From: an uncultured virus (IMG/VR IMGVR_UViG_3300046467_003049)
Lineage: Duplodnaviria > Heunggongvirae > Uroviricota > Caudoviricetes
IMG/VR virus record: IMGVR_UViG_3300046467_003049
Strand: one strand, 5' to 3'
Length of the DNA: 64,000 bases
In this document: one piece after another, positions 12,187-23,583 of the stretch
Layout of the letters: every line of letters starts with the position of its first letter
How positions within the stretch are numbered: position 1 is the first letter of the stretch
Position numbers and translations under genes: made by a program
Notes under the pieces: model-generated
What the model was told of the DNA's origin: nothing
What the model saw: the letters and a program-made list of their open reading frames with translations, nothing else
Databases searched by the model: none

Positions 12187-12606
12187 TTAATCTACAAGCT
12201 CAAAAGAAATCAAGGCACCGTTGTTCGCTTTATTACCCATGATCATAGGCTTTTCAACTTTGTTTAACTCTGGCGAATAGGTAAAACCTTTTTTACTGCC
12301 AAAAACACCTTCTTCTTTACCTTCTGGCACAAAATAATAATCCGCAGAACGTAAATGGAAAACACCAGTCTCTACTGCCTTCATTTTAGGCTTAAACCAA
12401 AAGTATCGACCTAACGTAAACTTATCGCCTTCATCTTTGAAATCTTCTAAAGACAAGCCTTCTTTGGCCAAATTTTCCTTATTGGCTTCGATAGAACTAA
12501 TAAGTTCAGCTTTAAACTTATCTACCGTCTCAATAGTATGAGTGCCGGTGATACGTCTAATGACTTTTTTGCCGTTTAGGTTTGCTAGGGTTTTTGCTAC
12601 TGACAT
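12187..12606 (-). CDS. hypothetical protein
   Basis: Promoter at ~12670; exact ACACACAAGG leader at 12615-12624. Confidence 0.75.
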   Translation of the reverse strand: MSVAKTLANLNGKKVIRRITGTHTIETVDKFKAELISSIEANKENLAKEGLSLEDFKDEGDKFTLGRYFWFKPKMKAVETGVFHLRSADYYFVPEGKEEGVFGSKKGFTYSPELNKVEKPMIMGNKANNGALISFELVD

Positions 12607-14777
12607 AATATTCGCCTTGTGTGTGTTATTACTTAATCAATAAACACAGTTTATCACAATGATCTATTTTGTCAATCTTTTATTTTTGTTTTAGTGAATA
12701 AAAAGGTCAGCACAACAAGGCTAACCTTTATTAGTTATTTGCTTTCTTTCATGCGCTAGGGGCTTTTGCCATAACATCAGATTCAACATCTACGTCAAGT
12801 TTCTCAGCCTTTAAAATGAACATAGCCTTACGAGCGTCCCAAAGGAAAACATCACCAATTTTTGACATAACAGTACAATTGTAAATACCATCAACCAACT
12901 CACAATCCAAGGTATCTAGGGAAAGCTCAGATATCGCTTCAAGATATTTAGGATCATCTTTTGACTTTTGGGCGTAAGTTTTTACAACCCGCGCCTCCAC
13001 CAGGGATGCTTCGCTTAACGTTACAGTCTTATTTGCTTCGCCTGATTGGTAAATAAATACCGTTACAAATGAAAATAAACTAAAAAATAAGGCTAGTGAA
13101 AATACTCTAAATGTGGTCTTTGACATAATTGCTCCAATAAATGAATTTACAGCATTCTATCACTTCAATTCGATTTATCATCACACACAATCAACCATTA
13201 AACATCAGCAAACGACTCAGGCATATGTCCTGTCCTACTGTATATTCTGAAAAACTTGATCACACCTTGTATTATTTCATTAAACGCAGCTGCCACTACC
13301 GGATCTTCGTCCGACAACTTCTCTTGAGTGCTTTTTAAGTACACTTCAACATTTAACAATAACTTTGAATCAAAAACATCTCGCGTTGGATTTGTTTTTC
13401 TCGCGTCTCTAGCTAAATGGTCTACATGAGCACCGAAAGCATTAACAACACCAAGTGCCGAGCGCCACACTTCTTTATAGCTTTCAGCCTTAACCGTGTT
13501 GATCATGCCAGAAACAGCAGTTTCTTGGCGCAGTGTTATATTCTTTAAAGCAGCATAAGCAATAGAAATTTTGTAATCGCGACCTACTCTGCTTGGTTCA
13601 ACATGATTACTCATAACAAAACTCTTTATGATAAATAACTTTTAATTAGTGTACTTATTTTACCTTAAAATGATAATTTGTCAATCATTAAAATGAAATA
13701 CTAACCCATGCGCTCTCGAACCGTGATCAAACAAATACCGTCACCAATAGGCTTTAAGCTTACCAACTTACTTTTTTCAGGGTTAACAAGCATTACGCCA
13801 CCGTTTACAACAGGCTTATCTATCGCAACCCATTCACCACTGAAAGTGTATTTTCTTGAATCATCGCAACTCATAGATGATGAAAAAGTTGACTCTCGAT
13901 AGTCACTGCATAGCTTGTCACCATTACACACAGAGCTTTGTTCACTTGAATTCAAGCTTGCTTGTGCACCTGTAATGGTTGTTGCACTTGCACTTAACGA
14001 AGCAACCGACACTAAAGCAATCAACATTATTTTCTTTATCATAATAAAACCTCTAAACAACCAAATGAATACTAAGCAACACTGTTCAAATCAGCGGCAC
14101 TTTCAGATAAACCAAACATGCGTAACCAGTCACGCGTTTTTAATAAATTTTGTTGGGGGCAAACATTGTCAGAACAATCAACGGCATTATCACCACAATA
14201 ACTAAGTAATGTACCATCAGCTTTGACTTTTAACTCTACGTGCTTAGGCAAGTCCTTTGCATGAACCAAGGCACCATTGTGCGGCTCAAACAAGCTTTCT
14301 TCAAAAAGCGGTATTTCAGACAAACTAAACGTATGGGTATAATAATCATCCTGATCACAAGCGACTTTGTCAAACAAACTTTTTTTAATGAGTTCGACGC
14401 AAGAAACGCTTTCACACGTTGCGATCATAATATCAATGGCACTTAACAGCTTCTTAAAGGCGATAAAATTACCTTTAAAGCAATTAGGCATGACTGTATA
14501 AGCTAATGACGCATAACCTTCAAATTTCGAGGATTGAGCATCACAAGGCATACCATCTTCAGGCGTCCAGTAAGCGAAGTAACCCGACCATTTATCATTT
14601 TCTATGTCGTAGGTAAGATAGCCATGAAATTCGTTAACAAAACCAGTGCCCTGCACAGTATCATCTTGAACACGAAAGCACATATCAATGTAACCATCAA
14701 TATCCTGCATCCAACCTTCAGCGAGTTCTTGTTTTTTGTACTGATCTTTGATCACGTTTTTAAGTATCATATTAACC

Positions 14778-15320
14778 TCAAGCACTCATAATGTATTTTG
14801 GTGCTGCATTAGCCACTGGTTTTATCGTAACGGTAAATGACCTGATCAATCGTTCCACTTTCAACAGGTAAGACGCTTCATCACCGTAATTTCGAATAAC
14901 AATATCTGCATCATCAATCGTTAAATTCATTGATTTTTCAGACTCTGGCGGCACTCGATCACCCGCATCAACCCAAATCACTAAATCGATTAAACCCGCA
15001 GCTTTTAATGCTTCAAATTCATCACGATCACGACAACCATCATAAATAGGGTGGCGTGCATATATTTGACGACCTAACGTGGTTTTGTCAGGGGTGTTAA
15101 GATTTTGTATTTCTCTGTACCATAATTCTCTATGGTTATGACGATCAGCGTAACACTCATCAACCGTTGCATAACCAAACTTATCTTTAAATAAATCGAA
15201 TAAGTAAAGCTCACATGCCATTCTTGAGGATGCGATTGACGTTATACCAAACATTTTCTCAGCGACAGTACAAAATGTACCTTTTCCGCTGCGACCATAA
15301 CCGAGGAGCATGATATTCAT
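14778..15320 (-). CDS. P-loop nucleotide kinase (deoxynucleoside monophosphate kinase-like)
   Basis: N-terminal Walker A GYGRSGKGT; DGCR and ADIVIRN motifs typical of phage NMP-kinase-like proteins. Confidence 0.65.
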   Translation of the reverse strand: MNIMLLGYGRSGKGTFCTVAEKMFGITSIASSRMACELYLFDLFKDKFGYATVDECYADRHNHRELWYREIQNLNTPDKTTLGRQIYARHPIYDGCRDRDEFEALKAAGLIDLVIWVDAGDRVPPESEKSMNLTIDDADIVIRNYGDEASYLLKVERLIRSFTVTIKPVANAAPKYIMSA

Positions 15321-15394
15321 AGAAACCACCATTTTAAAATTTTGTTCAATAGGACATTATATCTCAAACGCCCCATTATCAGACCATCTAACGA

Positions 15395-15814
15395 CTATTT
15401 AGACACCAAACGCTTACTAGCAACACATTCTGAAATTGTCTCAGCAACGTGGTTTAAAAGAGCATCTTTATCACTATGAGAATAAATATGGCGATTACAC
15501 GAGCCTGAGTGAAAAGCAACATCACCCGAACCTAAAATTATTTCGCCTATCTTGTCGTATACAGCTATGATTACACTCGTAGAACCCGTAGAACCCGTAC
15601 TTCCCAGATGGATAGCTGGACATGGGAGGTGACTTGGATCAGTATGCAAATAAGCCTGTAACCCATAATCTGGCAAAGCGGCATTTAACTCATCAATAAT
15701 AGGCAATAACAACGCTGACTTTTCTTTTATTGCTTTGCTACGCGCTGCTTTATCAGCATCCATTTCACTAATTTTTACTGCGCTTTTTTCTGAAATTAAT
15801 ACGGCTAAGCCCAT
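15395..15814 (-). CDS. hypothetical protein
   Basis: Promoter at ~15867; exact ACACACAAGG leader at 15823. Confidence 0.7.
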   Translation of the reverse strand: MGLAVLISEKSAVKISEMDADKAARSKAIKEKSALLLPIIDELNAALPDYGLQAYLHTDPSHLPCPAIHLGSTGSTGSTSVIIAVYDKIGEIILGSGDVAFHSGSCNRHIYSHSDKDALLNHVAETISECVASKRLVSK

Positions 15815-15983
15815 GACTTTCCCCTTGTGTGTGTTTGAGTATTAAGTATACTTTATTATGATAATTTGTCAATCATTTATTTGTAGGCTTATAGATTTTC
15901 AGTACAACAGAAACAACAAAAGGCTTATCATTATGACAAGCCCTTTTTGTGCAAAAAAGTTATTGGTATTTAAACGCCAGTTA

Positions 15984-17399
15984 TTAGGTAGTAGGCACTA
16001 ACGAACCATCACGAATATCATTCAGATATCGACCAAAACCAGCGCCAATACTTTTCCAAACTTTACGCGAAACACCATTACCCAATAGTCGATGCGCTGC
16101 TGATGCACTACCGCGAACACTCACTAACGAATGAACACCTTTCCATACATCAATCACAACACGCCCTAGGCGCTCTGGAAGTGCACGTAAGCTCACATGC
16201 TCATCAACTTGCACTTGTCGTTGATAATCTGGTCTTGTAGGGTGTGCAATCATCGGAGTGCCTGCTTTGGGCGCACCATATGACGCAGGCAACGTCACCA
16301 TTTTTGTTTCATCACCGTAATACAAACAATTGCGGTACCCAAGGTTTTTCATATCATCACGCGCTTTCACATGTTCCATTGTACGCCAAAACGGAGCGTC
16401 CAAATCTACATCGCTTAAGTGATCGCTGATCACCGTTGGCGCTTCACCACTAAACAATGATGTAACAGTACTTAAATCGAATGTCGGCAAGCCTTTACTC
16501 GTAGCAACCACACAAACACGCTTTCTTGACTCAAGCTCATTAAAATCATGACCGTTAAAAACCGATTGAGTAAAGTTATAATCAGGCATAGAACGTTTAA
16601 TTAAATCTAACGTATCTGATGTGCCAAAACGAGGAGTGTTTTCGAATACGATCACTGCTGGGTTCATCTTACGAAGGGCGGCAATTAACGGCACAAACAA
16701 CGTACCACAATCAGGGTGCAATAAGTCGCGCTTTTCCGCTTTCGCCAACAACGAAAAACCTACACAGGGATAACCCACTGTCACGTAATCTACTTGCGGC
16801 AAATCATCTGTATCAACCGCATGTAAATCATCAACCACAACAGACGCATCTTTGGTCGGATTATCCCACATAGGATTACCCGCTAAATTACACGCCATAG
16901 CCAATTCATTATTGTCATTAGCAAAAGCAATCTGAGATTCGATACCCTGAGTCTTCAAACCCTCTTTTAAGCTAAAACTCAACATACCAAGACCAGAGAA
17001 GAAACAACCTTTACGTAATGGCTCACCATTAACAAGCTTATTGATTAAACCAGATTCACGGATCTGCTGCTTTTCTGTCATACCATGAACAGCTATAACA
17101 ATAACGCCCATACGGAACGTCACAGATACAAACTGAGCTTGACCCATTGCTTTAGCGGTATCTTTGTTTTTAAGCTCTAATAGCTCACCACGACCCGTAT
17201 CCATGATTTTCTTAGTACCTTTCGGATCTAAGTGAACTTCAATACGGTTAGGTTTATTGATAATACGAATGTTACTGTTAGATAAAAACCCTGCACTTTG
17301 CAAGGCCTCTGAATTTTGTACGTAAATGCGAGCCGCACCATTCTTAAGATGCTTAACCACATAACGATGCTTACGGGAAATAAATTGACGAAATGACAT
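15984..17399 (-). CDS. DNA (cytosine-5) methyltransferase with N-terminal extension
   Basis: Motif I FFSGLG, catalytic GYPCVGFS, motif VI FENT, RKRV, and C-terminal LLGNGVS. Confidence 0.85.
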   Translation of the reverse strand: MSFRQFISRKHRYVVKHLKNGAARIYVQNSEALQSAGFLSNSNIRIINKPNRIEVHLDPKGTKKIMDTGRGELLELKNKDTAKAMGQAQFVSVTFRMGVIVIAVHGMTEKQQIRESGLINKLVNGEPLRKGCFFSGLGMLSFSLKEGLKTQGIESQIAFANDNNELAMACNLAGNPMWDNPTKDASVVVDDLHAVDTDDLPQVDYVTVGYPCVGFSLLAKAEKRDLLHPDCGTLFVPLIAALRKMNPAVIVFENTPRFGTSDTLDLIKRSMPDYNFTQSVFNGHDFNELESRKRVCVVATSKGLPTFDLSTVTSLFSGEAPTVISDHLSDVDLDAPFWRTMEHVKARDDMKNLGYRNCLYYGDETKMVTLPASYGAPKAGTPMIAHPTRPDYQRQVQVDEHVSLRALPERLGRVVIDVWKGVHSLVSVRGSASAAHRLLGNGVSRKVWKSIGAGFGRYLNDIRDGSLVPTT

Positions 17400-17521
17400 A
17401 ATTACAATTCCATAATTTTTAGTGTGTGTTTTGTGGCGCAACAAGCACGCCAACTCATAAACCTATACTAGTTCATTATGATAAAAATGTCAATCTTTTG
17501 TTTTTGTTTTATTGCGGCGCA

Positions 17522-17788
17522 CTACATGGGCAAAAGAGGCTCAGATTTCCCCGTCAACTCAAAATATATCTGCTGGCGCGTGGTCATGTTATTGTCATGC
17601 AGGCCTTGTCTAATCTCTTTAGCGAACTGTTTTCTTTCGTTTGAATACTGGTGCTTTTGCTCTTGCGTTGCATGTGATGCAAAGTGAAAATTGCCATTGA
17701 TATAACCTTCAGCCAACTTGTCTTTTTTAGCCGCAACACGATCTCTTGCTGCTTGCACTAAGTCATCTGGAAATTCACTAAAATCCAT
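17522..17788 (-). CDS. hypothetical protein whose RBS was separated from it by the IS607 insertion
   Basis: MDFSEF start; the reconstructed empty site reads GGAGAGTGTGTATT-ATG. Confidence 0.6.
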   Translation of the reverse strand: MDFSEFPDDLVQAARDRVAAKKDKLAEGYINGNFHFASHATQEQKHQYSNERKQFAKEIRQGLHDNNMTTRQQIYFELTGKSEPLLPM

Positions 17789-17824
17789 AATACACACTGT
17801 TCGCATAAACATGGACAAATATGA

Positions 17825-19198
17825 TCATGCGATTAATTCGCACTCTGTTAATGTCTCGTTTCCGAGCGTGTAACTAGAGCCTAAGTCGGTCAGTTCCGAC
17901 TTGTAGCGGTAAGTCCGTGCTTGCAATATTTCACGTACCTTTTTATAGGGTGTGAAAAGACTTATCTCAGTGTCTTCATTTCTTGCAAGCACGTTTCTCG
18001 CAGCATTGTAGTCAGACTGCATAACATCCCCGTTTTCACGATGAAATTTATCACCCTTCCTCGTGCCGACAAGCAGCCCGTGGCAGAATGAGTCCATTTG
18101 CGATGTGTATGCAGCATTAACTACTTGCAACGTAGAACATCTACGTTGAGATACAGTTTTTAGCGCATCTGCCAAAATACCTTTAGTCCAAGTATTTAAG
18201 CGCCTATTTGTTTTTTTACCGTAGTTTCTCTTTGACTGAATTGGCGAGGTTAAATCCTCACATACAATCAACCCCGCCTTATCAACAAGCTTATGAACGC
18301 CAGTGTAGATTACGGTTTTTAGCTTCGCCTTTTGACGATCTTGGCGCTTATTAAGCTTCTTACGCCCAAGGTTGTTCTTAATGATATTCTGACGCTTATG
18401 TGGCTTCTTGTTGGCGACTGAGCGTAGTTTATTCCTGTTTTTGTACTTTTGATTTAGGTGATCTGACTCGCTAGAAATAAGCTTACCTAAACCTTCGCCA
18501 AATGAATCTCCATCTGAGTCAACAAAAGCCTCCGTGTATCCTTTATCAACACCAACAGTTTTAGTACCACAATCCTCTATAACCTCAGCATCATACTGAG
18601 AATGAACATCTACAGTGCCGCTCTTCAGAATAATGCGAAGCGTACCAGTCGGAGCAAATTCCATCGTGGTATTTAAAGGGATCTGAATCGTTTTACGTGA
18701 CACTAAACTTGGAACTTTAAGCCAACACTGCCCATTCAGCTCAAAAGTTTTGCACATGTCGGCACGAACAATGATTTGGTTGTGTGTGTGGTTTACGCCA
18801 TGCTTGAAGTGCTTGCGCATCTGTCGATGCAAGAATTTATCCTCCATCCACTTATCACGCTTCAGCAACGTATAAAGCCTCTTTAATTCTTTTTTACAGG
18901 CTGTGCGTTCTCGGATAGCTTTTTTAACTTTTTCCTTAGCAGCTTCACGATATGCTTTAATGTCACCTACAGCATCACGCAGTGTTTCTTTCCAAGGATT
19001 TGCAGGTACTTTAAAATCAAATCCTTGCTTCAGCCACAAGTCCCGAACCTCACGGTCACGCAGGGATACTCCGTTAATAGAGCCATACTCGCGCCACACT
19101 TTACTGCGAATAGCACCAAGCAGAAGAGCTTGCTTTTTAAGTTGTTCATACTTGGATTTATTCAATGCTTTGCAGCGGTGGATTCGGGTTAGTTTCAC
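17825..19198 (-). CDS. tnpB: TnpB RNA-guided endonuclease (IS607-associated)
   Basis: RuvC motifs GVDKG, VCEDL, AYTSQ and SDYNAARN. Confidence 0.9.
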   Translation of the reverse strand: MKLTRIHRCKALNKSKYEQLKKQALLLGAIRSKVWREYGSINGVSLRDREVRDLWLKQGFDFKVPANPWKETLRDAVGDIKAYREAAKEKVKKAIRERTACKKELKRLYTLLKRDKWMEDKFLHRQMRKHFKHGVNHTHNQIIVRADMCKTFELNGQCWLKVPSLVSRKTIQIPLNTTMEFAPTGTLRIILKSGTVDVHSQYDAEVIEDCGTKTVGVDKGYTEAFVDSDGDSFGEGLGKLISSESDHLNQKYKNRNKLRSVANKKPHKRQNIIKNNLGRKKLNKRQDRQKAKLKTVIYTGVHKLVDKAGLIVCEDLTSPIQSKRNYGKKTNRRLNTWTKGILADALKTVSQRRCSTLQVVNAAYTSQMDSFCHGLLVGTRKGDKFHRENGDVMQSDYNAARNVLARNEDTEISLFTPYKKVREILQARTYRYKSELTDLGSSYTLGNETLTECELIA

Positions 19199-19800
19199 TT
19201 ACACTCCTTTGTTTCAACTAGCTTTTTAACCTTGTCTTTATATTTTCTAAGCCCATAAAGGCGTAAGGAAAAACAATGGATAATTGCTAGTAGATCTTGA
19301 GTGACTTCTTCTGCTGGTGATAAGGACTCTTGATTCATAATGACCACTTCACACCCATGTCTTTCAGCAAAAGCTTCAAACCACTCAAAGCCAAAGCGCA
19401 CTAGACGATCTTTGTGAGCGATCACCAGCAAAGAAACCTTACCCATTTCGATATCAAGAAACAGTTTATTGAACTTCTTGCGTTTATAGTTAAGCCCACT
19501 ACCTGTTTCCGACAACCACTCATCTACAGCGTATCCATTCGCTGAGCAGAACTTCTCTAGCGCATCAATCTGGTTTTTAAGATCAGGTTTTTGGGCGGCA
19601 CTGGAAACCCTACTGTAAACAACTATTGAAGATTTATCTTTTTGTGCTTTTAAGCCTATGTACTCAAGGTATTGCTCGTGAGTGTAATATCTTCTGTTCT
19701 TTGGATTTCTCTTAGCAATAAGCACCCCAGTAACATCCCATCTCTGAAGGGTCTTCACAGACTTGCCAATCATTTTTCCGAACTGTGCAGGTGAGTACAT
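19195..19800 (-). CDS. tnpA: IS607 serine recombinase/transposase
   Basis: N-terminal MerR-like HTH (SVKTLQRWD), YSRVSS, GSGLNYKRK and HKDRLVRFGFE. Confidence 0.93.
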   Translation of the reverse strand: MYSPAQFGKMIGKSVKTLQRWDVTGVLIAKRNPKNRRYYTHEQYLEYIGLKAQKDKSSIVVYSRVSSAAQKPDLKNQIDALEKFCSANGYAVDEWLSETGSGLNYKRKKFNKLFLDIEMGKVSLLVIAHKDRLVRFGFEWFEAFAERHGCEVVIMNQESLSPAEEVTQDLLAIIHCFSLRLYGLRKYKDKVKKLVETKECK

Positions 19801-20433
19801 TTAGACAACCACTAAAGACTTGAAATCATCAAGAGTCATATCTGCAAAAAATGAATCATCGCCGAAGATATACTCACCATCATCTGCAACGCCAAGAACT
19901 TCACACATGTAACTACTAACATCAGTACCGCAGGAACTGAATCTACAGACGATATTCTCACAAACATCATATAACTCAGGCTCTTGTTCATGATCTACGA
20001 CATCAGAAAATATTAAGTCATTGATGTTTTCACAATCTTCTTTGTACCTATCAGGTACAGATAGCCCATGCAGGGCGATTAGTTTATTTAGCTCTTCAGA
20101 ACAAGCGTCGCCAAACATTTCGTACAACTTCTCAGAGTATGATTCGCACGCCATGCCACTACCTGAGTTAAAGGTGCAGACACTATTACCAGTATTTGAA
20201 TTAATAAACTCTTTGTAGGTTTTACACTTCTCTGATGCGAGCAGCCCAGTTCTAACGGGGTGAGTAGAGCAATCATAGCCAACATCAACAACTTCAGTAT
20301 CAACAAATTCACATTCAGACCATGTTTTATAAACCCAAAAACAGAACTGCCTAAAGAACCCATCCTTATTATCAGGGGATGCGAAATTTTCCATTTCGGA
20401 CTCAAGTTTCCTAAGGCTTGTTAATAAGTTCAT
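19801..20433 (-). CDS. acidic, Cys-rich hypothetical protein (IS607 passenger)
   Basis: 210-aa ORF with GGAG RBS; its stop codon directly abuts the tnpA ATG. Confidence 0.7.
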   Translation of the reverse strand: MNLLTSLRKLESEMENFASPDNKDGFFRQFCFWVYKTWSECEFVDTEVVDVGYDCSTHPVRTGLLASEKCKTYKEFINSNTGNSVCTFNSGSGMACESYSEKLYEMFGDACSEELNKLIALHGLSVPDRYKEDCENINDLIFSDVVDHEQEPELYDVCENIVCRFSSCGTDVSSYMCEVLGVADDGEYIFGDDSFFADMTLDDFKSLVVV

Positions 20434-20538
20434 TCATTAAGCTCCAGTGTCAATTTAGACCCCTATTGTAAGTGCACTTGACTACATATGTCTATGTTTT
20501 TATTTATAGTGAATAACTCTCCAAGGTTATTGAACTAT

Positions 20539-21060
20539 TCATTCTGGGTATACCTTTACATCATCTTGGTGTATCTCAACACAAAACTGCTCTGGCAGCG
20601 ACATCGGTATTTGGGTATTTACCACATCCAAAACCTTATCTGACAAACTTCTGCCGCACTTGATCACACTAACATCATGAACACCAATAGCCTCAAAGTC
20701 TTCATCTGATATTTCATCAATACTCACCGCTGGGCTTATTGTCACTTGCACAGTTACTGTTTCAGCACCACCTATTTCCAAGGCGGTTTCAATCGTACTG
20801 ATCATTTGTGCCTTAACATCTAACTCAGCACCAGTCATTAACTCATCTGGGTCTTCAATAGCCAACTCAAGCATGCGCTCAAGCATCATATCTACCTGTG
20901 AGGGTTTCAGCATATCTAACATGCCACTTATTGCGTGATTTAATATGCGTATTTCAGCTTCTAAATCATCTATCATAGCACCCGATGTATCATCAATTAC
21001 TTCACTCAACAAGGCCAAGCGTTCTTCAGGTTTTGCGTAATCAGGCATGGTAATATCCAA
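20539..21060 (-). CDS. hypothetical protein
   Basis: Acidic 173-aa ORF overlapping the end of 21041-21487. Confidence 0.65.
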   Translation of the reverse strand: MDITMPDYAKPEERLALLSEVIDDTSGAMIDDLEAEIRILNHAISGMLDMLKPSQVDMMLERMLELAIEDPDELMTGAELDVKAQMISTIETALEIGGAETVTVQVTISPAVSIDEISDEDFEAIGVHDVSVIKCGRSLSDKVLDVVNTQIPMSLPEQFCVEIHQDDVKVYPE

Positions 21061-21612
21061 TTTTTAGGTTAAAACGTCTCAGCCCTTCAGGGATAAGTGT
21101 AAAATCATAATCTTTCATTGCTTCTTCATTCGACAAAATACTATCTGGCATTGCCATTAATAGCTCGTCCAAGTCACTACCGTCACCGTTATAGCTTTCA
21201 AAGCCACCACCTTCACGGGCAATAATAAAAAGCATGCCAGTTTCATCATGCTGCAACCAATGTGCATCCATTATTTCGCGCATAAAAATATGGTTATCAC
21301 CTTCATTTTCTGGCAATGAAATCAACTTGGCTTTTTCGCCTTGATACTCCCAATAGAAATTGTTTGACACAAATTCACCATCAAGATATTCAACTTCACC
21401 AGACGTACCCCAGTTCTTCAAAATACGTAACTGCTCGTCAAACATTTCAATAACGGCACCTATAGGCCAATCTTCACCATATTTCATAAAATACCTTTCG
21501 AATGTGTGGGGTTATAATATTTTTATTAAACGAACAATGTAAGGTACTATAGGACTTATGTCGTTTATCAATTAAAGTAATTGTATCAATACTACTATAT
21601 TTTGTCAATCAT

Positions 21613-22725
21613 TTATTTGTTATTTTGTGGGGCACACCACGATAAATTTATGCGCACGGGCTTCACCCATTCGTCAAATTTTGCATCTTTAGCATCAACA
21701 ATATTTCTTGCATAAGCTCTCGCCATCACATCAAGCATGGCGCTAGCAAGCTCATTAGGGGTGATATCTTGAAACCACACATAATCCATACCATCAATTA
21801 AATCAATTTCTGAATATAGTACTAACTCTGGGTGTTTACAAAACTTCAGATAATCATCTTTAGTTTCAACCGCGTCAACGTGCGACTGAAATTGCGCTAT
21901 GAACTCACAAACCAACCCATTGTATTCTAGCACTGCACCACTTAACCCATTTACAAAAGCAGGCTCAATCAACGGCTTTGCTGCACTCTTTATTCTATCT
22001 ACGCTTGCTATCGGAAAAATATCGGTTCTCACATTAGACTCATATCGCGCAGAACGCCTGTCCTCTGCTTTAAGCGCACTAGAAAAGCACGGATCAATAA
22101 TCATAGCATGCCTAAAATACGGCTCATCTTTACCGAAATGCACAGTAAACCCTGTGTCGTTATATTCCTTGGTTATCCAAGCACAATGCTTTTCATCTTT
22201 AGGAGCATCAACTAGGTCAAATTGAACATCATATTCCATAACTAGCTCACGCCAACCCATACCAGGGTGCTCTATTGCTTTTTCACGGCTAACTGATTCT
22301 TTTTGGCGATTTAGGAATGATTCAAGCTTTTCATTAAGTGATTTTTCATGATAAGTTCGTGGCTTACTCACTATTGCGTTGTCGTATCCTTCAAGAATAC
22401 CGCTGTATAGCGCCCACCCCTCCTTAGCATCGACAATATAACTATTTACCACCTTTGCCCATACATCTTCAAAAAGTTCAGTGTCTTTGAAATGATTAAA
22501 GAACACACTTCCACGCATCATCCCTAAACCACCTTCTGAAGCAGCCCAGTGACCATCACGCCAATGACACTCATCCATCAAATCACCGTTTTCATCATGA
22601 GTAACACTTTCTATAAACTTTGGTTTAGCACCAAACCATACAGAAAAATGTCCACAACCACGGCTTACAAACATCGTAGGGCTGGGTTTTGTGACATAAA
22701 TTTTTATCGTATCGTTTTTACTCAA
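21613..22725 (-). CDS. hypothetical protein
   Basis: 370-aa ORF with promoter at ~22805. Confidence 0.7.
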   Translation of the reverse strand: MSKNDTIKIYVTKPSPTMFVSRGCGHFSVWFGAKPKFIESVTHDENGDLMDECHWRDGHWAASEGGLGMMRGSVFFNHFKDTELFEDVWAKVVNSYIVDAKEGWALYSGILEGYDNAIVSKPRTYHEKSLNEKLESFLNRQKESVSREKAIEHPGMGWRELVMEYDVQFDLVDAPKDEKHCAWITKEYNDTGFTVHFGKDEPYFRHAMIIDPCFSSALKAEDRRSARYESNVRTDIFPIASVDRIKSAAKPLIEPAFVNGLSGAVLEYNGLVCEFIAQFQSHVDAVETKDDYLKFCKHPELVLYSEIDLIDGMDYVWFQDITPNELASAMLDVMARAYARNIVDAKDAKFDEWVKPVRINLSWCAPQNNK

Positions 22726-22849
22726 AATAAAACCCTTGCTAGGATGAAAGCCAGTTTTTTAGAGGCTTTAAAAGATACACAAAGCATATCACATTCAGCT
22801 ATTTTGTCAATCTTTTTGTGCGCTTTTGAGTGGGTTACTTGAACATTCA

Positions 22850-22934
22850 AATATCATTAACTATTAATATCAAAATATCATATGAGACTAATATCAATTT
22901 ATAAAAATATCAGATTATATTAATATCATATGAT
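22850..22934. repeat. AATATCA direct-repeat array
   Basis: Six AATATCA copies at 22850, 22866, 22874, 22890, 22906 and 22922 in an AT-rich intergenic region. Confidence 0.85.
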
Positions 22935-23359
22935 GTTTGTAGCTTTGTATATTTTAAAACAGGTGAAAGATTGGGCTACTTACCTACTATTCCTTCGCGT
23001 ATAAAATAATGTTAATATATGTATCTAATGGCACGATGCCTACAGCAAAATCAAAGGAATGAATAACATGTTTATTAATAAATTTATCAAGCTATCTGTT
23101 GCATCATTTTTAGCAATATTTACCACACTAGCAGTCGCACCAACCCCTTTCGGGCTTTTAGCAACTACGGCGCTCTCCTTTTTCCTTACCGGCGTTTCTT
23201 TGTCGTTTTATGTCTTATTTCACTACATAAGCTTTCACAAAAACTATACCGCTAACTAATCTGGTTGGCGTGCCATCGCGCCGACAAAAACCTCTCTTTT
23301 ATTTTATCATAATGAAACATTTTTATTGACTCTTTCTCGGTTATCGTATAATATTTACT

Positions 23360-23570
23360 ACATTGATAGAGCACGTAACATTTTTTAGGATGTTATGTCA
23401 TTCAATCAGCTGGTTAAGCTGACCGTCTATGCCTCCAATGTTGGAGAAGGTAAATTGACAACACTAGCATCAAAGTAAAGTAAAACTCATTAAACGATAC
23501 GTGATTAATAACTTAATACACCGTACCGCTTGTGATAACGCATAGACCACTAAACGCAGTACGATAACAA
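23360..23570 (+). ncRNA. candidate structured leader RNA with pseudoknot
   Basis: Several stems with G-U pairs on the + strand; GTCTATGC (23425-32) pairs with GCATAGAC (23540-47). Confidence 0.45.
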
Positions 23571-23583
23571 TTAAGGATTTATC

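Larger units (their letters stand above)
17797..20516 (-). mobile_element. IS607-family element (passenger gene + tnpA + tnpB)
   Basis: Serine recombinase and TnpB; AG(T) core at both junctions; imperfect TAGACA-like repeats near the left end; excision restores the downstream RBS. Confidence 0.7.

Noticed and set aside
17789..17818. Tracked start of ORF 17522-17818
   Set aside because: The extension lies mostly within the IS607 right end, and the original start is the ATG at 17788.
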